DNA of 64,000 nucleotides from Dehalococcoidia bacterium (lineage in GTDB: Bacteria; Chloroflexota; Dehalococcoidia; Dehalococcoidales; Fen-1064). The stretch's first letter is position 1; every line of letters begins with the position of its first letter. Location of the stretch: assembly GCA_011170375.1 (NCBI GenBank), contig DUEV01000006.1:89255-153254 (forward strand). The letters are read 5' to 3'. The notes under the pieces were generated by a model. That model saw nothing but the letters and a program-made list of their open reading frames with translations, searched no databases and was not told the origin of the DNA. The translations under genes were made by a program, and so were the position numbers. Shown one piece after another: positions 50,249 through 60,836 of the stretch.

Positions 50249-51040
50249 CTACTCACCTTTGAAGACAGGGTCCCGCTTCTCCGTGAAGGAGCGTACACCC
50301 TCCCGGAAATCTTCCGTCTGGAAGAGTCGACCCTGAGCGAGTACCGAGAACTCCAGGTTAGACTCGTAGTCTGAACTAAGCCCCAGGCGCATTTGCCGCT
50401 TGGCTGTCTGGACAGCCAAGGGGGCATTATTGGCTATCTTTGTTGCCCATTCTCTGGTGGTCTGCTCTAACTCTTCATGAGGGACAACCACATTTACCAA
50501 ACCGATGCGCGCCGCCTCGGTAGCATCCATCCTTTCACCAAGGAACATAATTTCGCAGGCCTTGGCCCAGCCAATCAGCCGCGGCAGCAGCCAGTGGCCT
50601 CCGTTGTCGGGCACCAGCCCCCGCTTAACATGCATGTCTCCTATAACAGCCTTATCCGAGGCTATTCTGATATCGCAGAGCTGGGCCAGCTCAAAACCCC
50701 ATCCTATTGCCGGACCGTTGATGGAAGCAATCGTCGGTTTGTCCAGTGAAAGCATGAGGGTAGAGAGAGAAGGTCCACCGATTCTGATTCTTCTCTCGGT
50801 TCCACCCGAACCTGCTCCCTGACCACTGGCCTGAGCCGCCAGATCAAGCCCGGAGCAGAAACCTCTGCCGGCGCCGGTGATGACTATCACCCTGATATCA
50901 TTATCATCTCTAGCATCCTTAATGCCCGCCATGAGTCCCGATATCATCGAGCTTGTGAAAGCGTTGAGTCTATCAGGCCGATTCAATGTTAGCGTAGCAA
51001 CCGGTCCTTCTTTCGTGTAGATAATGTCCTGCGATTCCAT
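50249..51040 (-). CDS. Enoyl-CoA hydratase/isomerase family protein
   Basis: TLNRPDRLNA, TGAGRGFCSGLDL, KPTIASINGPAIG, CDIRIAS, EKRDPVFKG. Confidence 0.93.
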   Translation of the reverse strand: MESQDIIYTKEGPVATLTLNRPDRLNAFTSSMISGLMAGIKDARDDNDIRVIVITGAGRGFCSGLDLAAQASGQGAGSGGTERRIRIGGPSLSTLMLSLDKPTIASINGPAIGWGFELAQLCDIRIASDKAVIGDMHVKRGLVPDNGGHWLLPRLIGWAKACEIMFLGERMDATEAARIGLVNVVVPHEELEQTTREWATKIANNAPLAVQTAKRQMRLGLSSDYESNLEFSVLAQGRLFQTEDFREGVRSFTEKRDPVFKGE

Positions 51041-51219
51041 CGAATTCCTCCTCTGCAACTTTATTAATTATTTCGCCACAACACTTGATTATAGCATGCT
51101 ACTGAAATACCTCACATCTTATCCAAAACAGGGATTGAAAAGCGCAAAAATAGTGAGTATGATAGTGCCACTCCCCAAAAACCGCCAATAGACCGGATAT
51201 TTTGGCAAGGAGGTCATAA

Positions 51220-53094
51220 ATGAAGGATAGCTTCTGGTACAAACTATTAATGCCGTTCCTGGTACTGATGCTGACAGTATCGGTCACGGTATCCTGCAAT
51301 GGTGTAGAGGGACAACAGGAGGAGGAAGAGGAAGAAGAACAGTCAACCGAAATAGTTGACCCGATAATGACAGACGCCGGACTAGTTTCGGGGACGGTGG
51401 TGGGGGACGTTGGAGAAGAGGTACGCGTCTACAAAGGCATACCGTTTGCCGCTCCGCCCGTGGGCGATTTACGGTGGAAGCCACCGCAGCCAGTTGAACC
51501 CTGGGATGGAGTCCTTGATTGCACCGAGTTTGCCCCGATTGCCCCACAAATAACAAGCAGTGAGGTGGAACAAAGCGAGGACTGCCTTTACCTGAACGTA
51601 TATACGCCGGCTACGAATACCACCGACCTTCTGCCTGTATTTGTTAGTATCCATGGTGGCGCGATGGTCATAGGTTCTTCACGCTCGCCGGACATGACAT
51701 ACTTTGCCCAGCAGAACGATGTCGTCGGCGTATCTATCGCCTATCGACTAGGCGGCCTCGGTTTCTTTGCTCACCCCCTGCTTTCTGAGGAATCGGAAAA
51801 TGGGGTTTCCGGTAATTATGGCCTGATGGACCAGGTTGCTGCCCTGGAGTGGGTACAGAATAATATTGCCGCCTTTGGCGGTGACCCGGATAACGTGACT
51901 ATTCAGGGCTGCTCGTCCGGCGGCGAATCGGTTCTTTTCCTGATGGCCTCACCTTTCAGTGAAGGGCTTCTCCATCAGGCCATCGCTGATGCCGGTGTGT
52001 ATGGCTCCAGCCGGACCCCACCTCTTGAAGAAATGGAAACGCGGGGTGAGAACCTTGCAATCGAGCTTGGCGTCGCTGACGAACCCGATGTACTTGCCGC
52101 CCTGCGTGCTCTCGGTGCTGATGAAATCGTGGCGGCTGTCCCCGTCAGTACTTCGGGAACAGAGCTACAGCTTCCGAACGTGGATGGCTGGTTCCTGCCA
52201 GACCTGCCGCTTGAAGTTTTCCAGGCAGGCAATCAACAGAATGTGCCCCTGATGATAGGCAGCGGCAGCGATGACCTTGCCAAAGAATGGAACCAGTATG
52301 GGGACAAGAACTTCGCCTGCGCCATGAGCACGGTCTCATCCGAGGTATATGCCTGGATTTTCGACCATGCACCCTGTGGCAGCGGAGGCGGCACTCATTG
52401 CCTTGACCTGACCTATCTGTTCGCCGATTTAAGTACTCGAGAAGATATGTGTGATGTTGACTTAGAGGTATCTGAAGCAATGGTCGCCATGTGGGTCCAG
52501 TTTGCCAGGACCGGAGACCCTAATGTCGAGGGCCTTATCGAATGGCCAACCTATGAAGAGGCTACTGACCAGTACCTCAAAATCGGAGACCCGGTAGAGG
52601 TAAAAACCGGACTGTACATACCACCTGAAGCCGGGGAAGAGGAGGAGGAAACCCCGGCCGAACCAGCCACCTATACCAATACTGAATACGGGTTCTCTCT
52701 GGAATACCCCGGTGACTGGGTAGAGAAGACGGAAGACCTCGGGCCTGGTGTTGTCTGGCGAGTTGGTACTACGTATACCGTACCTGCAGTAAGAGTTATC
52801 ATCCGCGATGAATCTGAGGGAACTACCCTGGAGGAGGTATTCACCATTCACCTGACGGAGGACGGTGAGAAGACGATTGACACCTTTACAGCGAGCGACG
52901 TCACCATCAACGACACTGATTTTACCCAGGCTGAAGTCACTTATTCCAGCACTGCATATGATTACGAGAGTGTGATTATCGGGCTGGTCACGGACGGCAA
53001 GTGGATTATCATCGAAGTATATACCGTCTCTATATTACCGTTTGACTATGAGGACCAGCAAGCAGAGATTCTCAGTACCGTGACATTCGAGTAG
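51220..53094 (+). CDS. Type B carboxylesterase lipoprotein with C-terminal PsbP-like domain
   Basis: VSC lipobox; YKGIPFAAPPVGDLRW, SEDCLYLN, GNYGLMDQ, GCSSGG; tail YTNTEYGFSLEYP.DW. Confidence 0.9.
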   Translation: MKDSFWYKLLMPFLVLMLTVSVTVSCNGVEGQQEEEEEEEQSTEIVDPIMTDAGLVSGTVVGDVGEEVRVYKGIPFAAPPVGDLRWKPPQPVEPWDGVLDCTEFAPIAPQITSSEVEQSEDCLYLNVYTPATNTTDLLPVFVSIHGGAMVIGSSRSPDMTYFAQQNDVVGVSIAYRLGGLGFFAHPLLSEESENGVSGNYGLMDQVAALEWVQNNIAAFGGDPDNVTIQGCSSGGESVLFLMASPFSEGLLHQAIADAGVYGSSRTPPLEEMETRGENLAIELGVADEPDVLAALRALGADEIVAAVPVSTSGTELQLPNVDGWFLPDLPLEVFQAGNQQNVPLMIGSGSDDLAKEWNQYGDKNFACAMSTVSSEVYAWIFDHAPCGSGGGTHCLDLTYLFADLSTREDMCDVDLEVSEAMVAMWVQFARTGDPNVEGLIEWPTYEEATDQYLKIGDPVEVKTGLYIPPEAGEEEEETPAEPATYTNTEYGFSLEYPGDWVEKTEDLGPGVVWRVGTTYTVPAVRVIIRDESEGTTLEEVFTIHLTEDGEKTIDTFTASDVTINDTDFTQAEVTYSSTAYDYESVIIGLVTDGKWIIIEVYTVSILPFDYEDQQAEILSTVTFE

Positions 53095-53120
53095 CCGTAT
53101 CCAGCTTGGCAGGAACTGAC

Positions 53121-53152
53121 GAAGGGCGTACCCGAAACAAGGTACGCCCTTC
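53121..53152 (+). terminator. Stem-loop terminator
   Basis: gaagggcgtacc-cgaaacaa-ggtacgcccttc. Confidence 0.75.
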
Positions 53153-53223
53153 AGATTTTCAAATCCTAATCCTAGGTTCCCACTCGCCACTCTCATTTGA
53201 CACCAATCACCCTGTAGGTTAAT

Positions 53224-54510
53224 GTGGACTGGATGACCACCGATTCAGAGTCGCCAACCACCTTCCAGGTAATACTCAGGCCAGGCGGGGTACAATGCGA
53301 CCTTGCCTGCAGTTACTGTCCCTATCCACCAGAAGAACGGCAGTACAAAAAGAAGACCTCCCGCATGACGAAAAACATCCTTGACACCTTCACCCGCCAG
53401 TACATCGAAGCCCAGCAGGTGCCGGAGGTGATTTTCAACTGGCAGGGGGGAGAACCGCTTCTAATGGGGCTGGAATTCTTCCAGCAGGCAGTCAATTTCC
53501 AGTTCCAGTATAGAGGCCCCGAGATGACAGTTTATAACACCGTGCTGACTAACGGCCTTTCAATAGATGACGACTGGTGCCGCTTCTTCAAGGAAAACGG
53601 TTTCCTCATTATCATTGGTATTGATGGCCCGGGGGATATCCACGACACTAGCCGCATCGACAGCAACGGGCAGCCCACGCTGGAGCGCGTCATGGCCGGA
53701 GTGGATTTACTGCACAAGCACGGAGTTGAGTTCAACACCCTGACCCATTTGCATGCCGGGAATACCGATTGTCTTGCAGAAATATACCGGTTCCTCCGGG
53801 ATGATGTGAAGGCCCGTTTCATGCAGTTCACCCCGGTCGTCAAACAAGAAGGAAAGAAGGTAACCGGGGCATCGGTAACAGGCCGGCAATACGGCGATTT
53901 CCTCAAGAGAATCTTCGACGAATGGGTGCGGCGCGATGTCAGGACGGTCTCCGTGGACATTTTCGATGCCGCCCTGGCCACCTGGGTGGGGCAGCCACCA
54001 GGCCTCTGTATCTTTGATGAGACCTGTGGTAAATCGCTGGCAGTTGAACAAGATGGCGACCTCTATTCCTGCAATTACTTCGTCGAACCGCACCATTATC
54101 TCGGCAGCATCAAGAACAAAAGCCTAGCCGAGATGGTCAACTCAGAGCAACAAGCCCGGTTCGGTCGTGCCAAGAGTGATTCTCTACCTGTCCACTGCCT
54201 CCAGTGCCGGGTAAGGCTTGTCTGCAACGGAGGCTGTCCGAAAAACCGGCTTCTGCATACGCCTGATGGCGAACCGGGGCTGAATTACTTGTGCGAGGGA
54301 TACCAGGACTTCTTCAACTACATCGGGCCGGCGATGGCGTTCATGGCGGAGGAACTAGAGACCGACCGTTCCCCGGCCAATGTAATGCACCTCATCGCTC
54401 AGCAGGACGCCATGCTGCAAATGATGCTCTCCCAAGTAGAACCAAATAATCCTTGCCCCTGTGGTAGTGGCCTCAAGTTCAAGGACTGCCATGGACGTCA
54501 GGAGGTCTGA
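53224..54510 (+). CDS. Anaerobic sulfatase maturase (radical SAM/SPASM) with SEC-C motif
   Basis: CDLACSYC, WQGGEPLL, SPASM cysteines (CNGGCPKNR), CPCGSGLKFKDCH. Confidence 0.92.
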   Translation: MDWMTTDSESPTTFQVILRPGGVQCDLACSYCPYPPEERQYKKKTSRMTKNILDTFTRQYIEAQQVPEVIFNWQGGEPLLMGLEFFQQAVNFQFQYRGPEMTVYNTVLTNGLSIDDDWCRFFKENGFLIIIGIDGPGDIHDTSRIDSNGQPTLERVMAGVDLLHKHGVEFNTLTHLHAGNTDCLAEIYRFLRDDVKARFMQFTPVVKQEGKKVTGASVTGRQYGDFLKRIFDEWVRRDVRTVSVDIFDAALATWVGQPPGLCIFDETCGKSLAVEQDGDLYSCNYFVEPHHYLGSIKNKSLAEMVNSEQQARFGRAKSDSLPVHCLQCRVRLVCNGGCPKNRLLHTPDGEPGLNYLCEGYQDFFNYIGPAMAFMAEELETDRSPANVMHLIAQQDAMLQMMLSQVEPNNPCPCGSGLKFKDCHGRQEV

Positions 54511-54560
54511 TTTCGCCTGAAGTCTCTGTTATGAAGTAGAATGGAATGAGGTGAAGCTTG

Positions 54561-55469
54561 ATGAGTGACTACGTTATCATTGATGCCCACGTCCACACCT
54601 ACCAGACCCGGCAAGTTGGTCTTCAGGCCAAGCAAGGCAATGCTATAACCGACTACGCAGGTACTATCGATGAACTACTCCCCATCATGGAGAAGGCTAA
54701 TATCAGCCGGGCGGTAATGGTCAATATGCTCCCGCTGGCTGAAATGAAGAAGGCAGCTGTGGACAGACTGCCAGAGAACCTCAGCCAGGCACAACGAGAT
54801 GATGCCCTCAAAGAAATAGACACCCGGATGCTGGGGCGGCTGGAGCGCCGTAACGCCTGGACCTGTAACCTTGCCCGCGAGAACCCGAACCTGATTCCTT
54901 TCATCAACCTCGACCCCCTACAGGACGAGACCACCATGACTGCCGAATTGATTGATAAGGTCAACAACCACGGTGCTAAAGGGATAAAACTCCATCCCGG
55001 CGCCCAGTGGTTTTACCCAGACGACCGCAGGCTCTGGCCAGCCTACCGAACCGCTCAGGAAATGGGGTTGCCCGTCATCTTTCACGCTGGCCGCTTTGTG
55101 AGCCCCGAAACTTTTTCTCGACCGAAAAACTTCGTTGAAGTGCTGGAATCATTCCCTGAACTCACTTTGGTAATGGCCCACATCGGCCTCGGCAATGAAG
55201 ATGAGGCAGTCTCCCTCACCAAAGATTTCCCCAACCTCGTGTTTGACTGCTCTGCTATCATCGGGAACGTCACCCTGGATGGAGACCTTACAGAAGAACG
55301 CCTCACTTCCCTGACAAGAGAGGTCGGGGTGGAACGGGTCATGTTTGGCTCGGACTTCCCCTGGTACGACCCGGCTGACTCCGTAGCACGGCTGCTCCGG
55401 CTCGATTTCAGTGAGGAAGAGAGACGCTTGCTCCTTGCCGAGAACGCCATCCGAATCTATAAGCTCTAG
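54561..55469 (+). CDS. Amidohydrolase_2 family protein
   Basis: IIDAHVH, GIKLHP, VIFHAG, MAHIG, MFGSDFP, ENAIRIY. Confidence 0.9.
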   Translation: MSDYVIIDAHVHTYQTRQVGLQAKQGNAITDYAGTIDELLPIMEKANISRAVMVNMLPLAEMKKAAVDRLPENLSQAQRDDALKEIDTRMLGRLERRNAWTCNLARENPNLIPFINLDPLQDETTMTAELIDKVNNHGAKGIKLHPGAQWFYPDDRRLWPAYRTAQEMGLPVIFHAGRFVSPETFSRPKNFVEVLESFPELTLVMAHIGLGNEDEAVSLTKDFPNLVFDCSAIIGNVTLDGDLTEERLTSLTREVGVERVMFGSDFPWYDPADSVARLLRLDFSEEERRLLLAENAIRIYKL

Positions 55470-55508
55470 GATAAGTATACCACGTCTGAACAGGGTGGAG
55501 CGAAGGCT

Positions 55509-57812
55509 CTACTCCGACCGCCTTCTTAGACTTAGCAGGCGTTTTAACAAGAAGGGGCAGAGTTCCACCCAGGACTTCTGCATCCTCCCTTTTTGCAGCC
55601 CGGTCAGCTCCTTGCTGCGACCGAATTGAGTCTCGATGTAGGTCTGGGCAATCGTATTGACTGCCTGAGCTTGTGACGGTATCACCCGTGCCAGTCGGCC
55701 GGAGTATTCCAGCGGCGTTTCCTCAGGTCGCGGCCCGAATTTACTCAGTGATGCCAAGTAGCACATCCGATTGTAGACATCGGCCGGGTTGTCCACTCTC
55801 TTAAGACGCACCAGCCAGTAGGCATAGCCGAGTCTCACTGCCAGGTACAGCACCAGCGGAATCCCGAACACAGCAAAGTAAACATACAAGGCCGGGCCCG
55901 GTAAACCACTGCGACCCGCCGTACCGGACGATTTATAGTCTCCCTCTACGGGAGAGGATGTATCCTCAGGGAGGATCTCCGGAGGGTACAAAGGCTCGGA
56001 TGTCCCGTCGTCGCTGGTATCAATAACTGCACTCGTGTCATCATCGCCAGGCGTCGCTGAAAACTCCACCCAACCATATTCGGGAAAATAGACCTCGGTC
56101 CGGGCGTGATAGTCTTTGGCCCGAAGGGTATAGCTACCGGTATCCCTATCATACACGCCCTCAAGATACCCGGTATTAAGTCTGGACGGCACGCCTACGG
56201 AACGCAACATCACCGCCAGTGCCGAGGAGAAAGAAGTACAGACGCCCTCCTTTGATTCAAATAGAAAGTAAGCAACTCCATCAGCACCCTCAGGAGGCTT
56301 TTCGGCCTCACGATTATATTCAAAGTCCTGCAGGTACTCCTTAACTGCTATTACCTTGTCATAGGCCGTCTCTGCTTCTGCCGTTACCTCCTGGCTGAGT
56401 AGTCTGACCTCCAACGGCAGGGTATCCGGCAACTGCAGATAGTGATCAATGATTGCCTCCGGATAGTCCTCCCCGGCCTGTGATAGCTCCTCCGGCGTCA
56501 GCGCGGTGATACTAGTGCTAGCCGCGTAACGCTGATAGGGTCCCATTAACTTCGGTGACACCACGGCGACGATGTCAGTTTCCACTTCGGTCGAAACGCC
56601 ATCAGATGAGTCCAGAGGCACTTCCTCATTCTCCACAGTAACAAACACCTGCCCCAGTGCCGGGATATTGATGGAGACAACCTCACCCGACACGAGCAGG
56701 ACATCCGTTCTCAGCCTATTTTCCACCGTATAAGTCACCAACTCACTCTCAGTCGGGTCCGTATCCTCAATGGCCACGAGTTGACTAATGTCATACTCAA
56801 CAACCTCACTGCTGGTCCACCCCCAGGACTGATAGTCATCATACCGCCTGACACGCCAGTAGGACGGCTGGTCAGCGGTAACAATAAACAGTGTCCGTGT
56901 GCTGGTGCTCACCGAAGAACTGAAGGACAACTGCATCTGGTTATCACTGTCGATCTTTACCCATTTGGTGCGGGCCACAGCGAATATGTTATACCACTGG
57001 TTCTGAGCATTATCTCTAAGAAGAGCAACCAGGTCCAGCCCCATCTGTTCTACCGGGGGCTTCGGTACCACCCAGGCAGTAGTCACCGTGATGACACTGA
57101 TGACAACCACAGCCCCGACCACTTTGATGACACTTGGCCGAGAGAAGCGGATATTATGCTGTTGGAACCAGACACCCTGCTTTGCCAGGCTCGCCTGACC
57201 GAGCAACAACAGTGCTACAAATAAAAAGATGGGCAGAAAGTAATAGTCCTCCTGGCGAAGGTTGCTCAGGTTTATCAGAATAGTAACCGTGCCTGCGGTA
57301 ACGGCCACCCAGGCGTTCCGCCTCCGCACGAGAAACCATGTCGAAATAAAGCCCGCCACCCAGGTTACAAGGATAAGGAACATGGCGAGAAAGATGGGGT
57401 CCTCGTTGGGACGGTCACTGGTTAATGTCTGCCACCAGTTCCCCAGAGCCGACTCCGTCTCTGATGTAGGCACAAGACCGACGGATTGCCATACGGTAAC
57501 GCCTATCCCAAGAACAATTGCAAGAGGATAAACCACCTTGCCTGGCCAACGACCCCTGGCAAGCCATAGACCAGCGAGCACCGAGAGACCGAGTACCAGT
57601 ATCAGTGACGGTTCTCTCTTAACCCAGTTGGCATGCTCAATAGACCACACCGCGACAGCCAGGGTAAAAAAGAGGAGCACGATGCCAATCCACTCCTGCG
57701 GGCTACCGAGGACATTCCGGATGGTCGCGATGATTTGTGCAGGTATCCTGAGCCTGCCAGTCAAACGCGAGGCGTTGCTCTGTGCTCCACTACCACTACC
57801 TATACCATCCAT
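55509..57812 (-). CDS. Membrane transglutaminase-like protein (TgpA/DUF3488 type)
   Basis: Multi-TM N-terminus, YWR, EGVCTSFSSALAVMLRSVGVPSR, HARTEVYFPEYGWVEF. Confidence 0.9.
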   Translation of the reverse strand: MDGIGSGSGAQSNASRLTGRLRIPAQIIATIRNVLGSPQEWIGIVLLFFTLAVAVWSIEHANWVKREPSLILVLGLSVLAGLWLARGRWPGKVVYPLAIVLGIGVTVWQSVGLVPTSETESALGNWWQTLTSDRPNEDPIFLAMFLILVTWVAGFISTWFLVRRRNAWVAVTAGTVTILINLSNLRQEDYYFLPIFLFVALLLLGQASLAKQGVWFQQHNIRFSRPSVIKVVGAVVVISVITVTTAWVVPKPPVEQMGLDLVALLRDNAQNQWYNIFAVARTKWVKIDSDNQMQLSFSSSVSTSTRTLFIVTADQPSYWRVRRYDDYQSWGWTSSEVVEYDISQLVAIEDTDPTESELVTYTVENRLRTDVLLVSGEVVSINIPALGQVFVTVENEEVPLDSSDGVSTEVETDIVAVVSPKLMGPYQRYAASTSITALTPEELSQAGEDYPEAIIDHYLQLPDTLPLEVRLLSQEVTAEAETAYDKVIAVKEYLQDFEYNREAEKPPEGADGVAYFLFESKEGVCTSFSSALAVMLRSVGVPSRLNTGYLEGVYDRDTGSYTLRAKDYHARTEVYFPEYGWVEFSATPGDDDTSAVIDTSDDGTSEPLYPPEILPEDTSSPVEGDYKSSGTAGRSGLPGPALYVYFAVFGIPLVLYLAVRLGYAYWLVRLKRVDNPADVYNRMCYLASLSKFGPRPEETPLEYSGRLARVIPSQAQAVNTIAQTYIETQFGRSKELTGLQKGRMQKSWVELCPFLLKRLLSLRRRSE

Positions 57813-57824
57813 TTCCCAACACCC

Positions 57825-59090
57825 TCAAATATGTCTTGCATGCAACAGCGAGACGCGGTGGTCGAGCGCTGTCGCCAGCTCATCTCCTTGCCCAACAACA
57901 TAGACCTGCACACCGGTGGCACTCAGGTTGCGTGCGATGTTAAGTGCACCGGGTTGTCCCCCGAAGCTGGAGGTATCAATCTGGACGACGACAACAGCGT
58001 CAACACGATTCCTCAATTGCCGGATGGCGTCAAATAATTCCCCGCTGACCGACGGCGTGATAACGATAACGATTGAATTACCCCTGAGATGCTCCATCTG
58101 GTCAGAGAGAAGCCGCCCCACCGGTTCTTCCCCGGTTGCCCTCGCCACGGCAAGAGTCCCCAGGACACGCCACAGGTGCTCCTCGCCCCTCTCAGGCGGA
58201 ATGTAGTAAAACCGGTCAGCGTAGGCCATCAGCCCGACACGCATCCCCGTATCCAGATGTTTTTTCGCCATCGAAGACGCAATGGCCACCGCATACTCCT
58301 CCGTGGACTCATCACCCTCGCCGACGTGAGACGCTGCCTGCATATCGAGGACAACCCAGACCGTTTTGGCCACATTCGAAGAACGGTCAGCATCAAATAA
58401 CTTGACCATCAGTCTGCCGGTATGGGCCGTACTCCGCCAGTGGATGTGGTTGAGACTATCACCAGAATAGAACTCACGCACGCTGGAGGCATTAGGACTT
58501 ATCTGACTGATGGACTGGTAGCCGGCGCTCCGGCCGAACTCATTAAAAGAAACAGCCCTGAACAGGGGTAGGTCAAAAGTCGCCGGGTAGACGAGGACGC
58601 TCTGTGGCTCCCCAAGAGTGCGCTTCCGCGAAAACAGACCAAAGGGGTCGACTGAGGTGACAACGACCGTGCCAAGGTCGTATTGGCCCCGGCGCCGGCA
58701 GTAGACGCCGGACTCCCAGCTATGGGAACTTCGCGCCGACAGGTTTAGCACCTCGACATCACGGTAACCCGGCATATTGGCACCTTCTTCTATCCTGAGC
58801 CAGAGCTTGGGGATACGGCTGCTATTGGTAACCGTAATCCCCTGCTGGAACTTTTTACCCACCTGGCAGTGCTCCGGTGGCGGCTCAGCCCGAACACGAA
58901 TGCCACGAACACCAAACACCGTCCACAGAAAGCTTACCAGCAGTAACAGCACCGATAGGAAGAAGAGGCGCAGCACTAGACCGGAACCTCCTAGCAGTGA
59001 TACAGCAAGAAGTGCCGTTGGAATTGCGGTAATTAATACAACCTTTCGGACTTTCATCGCCTTCGTACCGGACGTTGTCCACCCTGACAC
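57825..59090 (-). CDS. DUF58 domain protein
   Basis: RRGQY, DPFGLF, VREFYSGDSLNHIHWRSTAH, LMVK. Confidence 0.92.
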   Translation of the reverse strand: MSGWTTSGTKAMKVRKVVLITAIPTALLAVSLLGGSGLVLRLFFLSVLLLLVSFLWTVFGVRGIRVRAEPPPEHCQVGKKFQQGITVTNSSRIPKLWLRIEEGANMPGYRDVEVLNLSARSSHSWESGVYCRRRGQYDLGTVVVTSVDPFGLFSRKRTLGEPQSVLVYPATFDLPLFRAVSFNEFGRSAGYQSISQISPNASSVREFYSGDSLNHIHWRSTAHTGRLMVKLFDADRSSNVAKTVWVVLDMQAASHVGEGDESTEEYAVAIASSMAKKHLDTGMRVGLMAYADRFYYIPPERGEEHLWRVLGTLAVARATGEEPVGRLLSDQMEHLRGNSIVIVITPSVSGELFDAIRQLRNRVDAVVVVQIDTSSFGGQPGALNIARNLSATGVQVYVVGQGDELATALDHRVSLLHARHI

Positions 59091-59113
59091 AGATTGTTGA
59101 GGTTGGTCGGGAC

Positions 59114-60103
59114 TTACTCCTTCAGCACGGTTCCGGGCACGGGAATGGTCTCCAGTAACTCAGCGATACCAGCCCTCCCCGTCCTGTCCTGAGACACATC
59201 GGTCAGCCGTATTATCAGCCGGTGTGCCAGAACAGGACCCGCCAGAACCTTAACATCATCAGGTAACACGTAATCCCGCCCATGTATAAGGGCACGAGCC
59301 TGAGCCGTTCGAAAAAGAGCCAAAGAACCACGTGGCGAGGCACCTAGATATATCGTGGGGTGGTCACGGGTGGCAGCCACCAGAGACACGATGTACTGCT
59401 TAACCAAATCGTCCACGTACACGTCTTTCACTACCGTCTGTAACACCAGGAGGTCATCACCGGTGGCTACCGGAGAAATATTTTCAATCGGGTGGGTGTA
59501 TTGTTGCTTTTCCACAACAGCAATTTCATCAGACTGGGAAAGATAGCCGAGGTGTATGCGCATGAGAAACCTGTCCAGTTGTGTCTCCGGGAGGGGAAAG
59601 GTGCCCTCATACTCGATAGGGTTCTGAGTAGCCAATACATGGAAGGGAGACGGTATCTGATGGGTAACACCATCAACCGTTATCTGCCCCTCTTCCATAC
59701 ACTCCAGCAAAGCCGATTGCACCTTAGGGGTAGCCCGGTTTATCTCATCGGCAAGAACCATCTGTGCCATGATTGGTCCAGGACGGAACTCAAAGTCCTG
59801 TATCTTCTGGTTATACACCGAGACTCCGGTAATGTCGCCGGGAAGCATATCAGGCGTAAACTGGATTCTCCGAAAGGTACAGTCCAGTGATCTGGCCAGA
59901 CTGCGAGCCAGCATTGTCTTGCCAACGCCCGGAGCATCTTCAATCAGCAGGTGCCCCTTGCTAATCAGGGCTATTACCGCCAGTTCAACCACTTCCTTCT
60001 TGCCGAGAATAACCTGCTGCACATTGTCCAATAGTGTGGTAGCAGTCTTCTGGGCTTGAACCATCGCGTCGTCCATCTCTACCCCCGTCCTCATCTCACT
60101 CAC
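59114..60103 (-). CDS. MoxR-family AAA+ ATPase
   Basis: [43 protein letters not shown]; true start may be ATG 60076. Confidence 0.95.
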   Translation of the reverse strand: MSEMRTGVEMDDAMVQAQKTATTLLDNVQQVILGKKEVVELAVIALISKGHLLIEDAPGVGKTMLARSLARSLDCTFRRIQFTPDMLPGDITGVSVYNQKIQDFEFRPGPIMAQMVLADEINRATPKVQSALLECMEEGQITVDGVTHQIPSPFHVLATQNPIEYEGTFPLPETQLDRFLMRIHLGYLSQSDEIAVVEKQQYTHPIENISPVATGDDLLVLQTVVKDVYVDDLVKQYIVSLVAATRDHPTIYLGASPRGSLALFRTAQARALIHGRDYVLPDDVKVLAGPVLAHRLIIRLTDVSQDRTGRAGIAELLETIPVPGTVLKE

Positions 60104-60231
60104 AGCAATAAACCAGGTTGCATCCGGTGTTCACTGCTATTTTAGCATAAAGTACAGAACAAGGATAAGAAAACAGCAGGCCTAACGGCGGATAGTATGA
60201 GGAAAGGTATAGCAGGCAATAAACAAAAAGA

Positions 60232-60269
60232 AAACGCCCGCACTCTAGGACAGAGTATCGCGGGCGTTT
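60232..60269 (-). terminator. Intrinsic terminator
   Basis: aaacgcccgc / gcgggcgttt stem with U-tract on the minus strand. Confidence 0.7.
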
Positions 60270-60328
60270 CACCTACTCTTTTGTAAAATATGATGCCGAT
60301 GTGTTATCTATACGACAGTGGAGTACAG

Positions 60329-60517
60329 CTAGGTTGCCGGTGAAGTCTCGGAACGCTCGGTCCCGACCGTCACTGGCTGCCGCTCCAGTTCATCCAGATT
60401 TTCCATCTCACGCCGATGGGAGCACTGAAGGCACTGGACATACCACGTGTCTATGTCTCTATCAATAAAGAGGTCGCCACCACATCGGGGGCAATTCTTC
60501 AGCTTCCACATCACCAT
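60329..60517 (-). CDS. Small zinc-ribbon protein
   Basis: CPRCGGDLF...CLQC; RBS aaggag before ATG 60517. Confidence 0.75.
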   Translation of the reverse strand: MVMWKLKNCPRCGGDLFIDRDIDTWYVQCLQCSHRREMENLDELERQPVTVGTERSETSPAT

Positions 60518-60836
60518 AGCCGTTACTCCTTTCTGAACCACAGTGCAATTAAGGGGTAAATTGAATGCACTCACTATCTCACCCAAGCCGCCCGTTTGTA
60601 AGACCCAAAGAGATGATATACCTGAGCCAAATGGACTATCTTTTTAACCGTGTCGGACAGTCCGGTGATACTATTGCAGACTATTGCTCCGGTACTACCC
60701 GCCATAGCCTAAGAGCGGAGTTGCCTGCACCAAGGCTGAGGAGACTGCCTGCCCATGGAAAAGTAACCCTTTAGGGTCACCCGAATGAGCCAAACGTATC
60801 TTACAAAGGTATCCTTCCGGTACCAGAATAGACTAA

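Noticed and set aside
51088..51096. attatagca as another cassette flank
   Set aside because: No tRNA fragment precedes it; it is best read as the extended -10 of the enoyl-CoA hydratase gene.
55509..60103. MoxR-DUF58-transglutaminase trio as a novel system
   Set aside because: This is a well-known, widespread gene arrangement.
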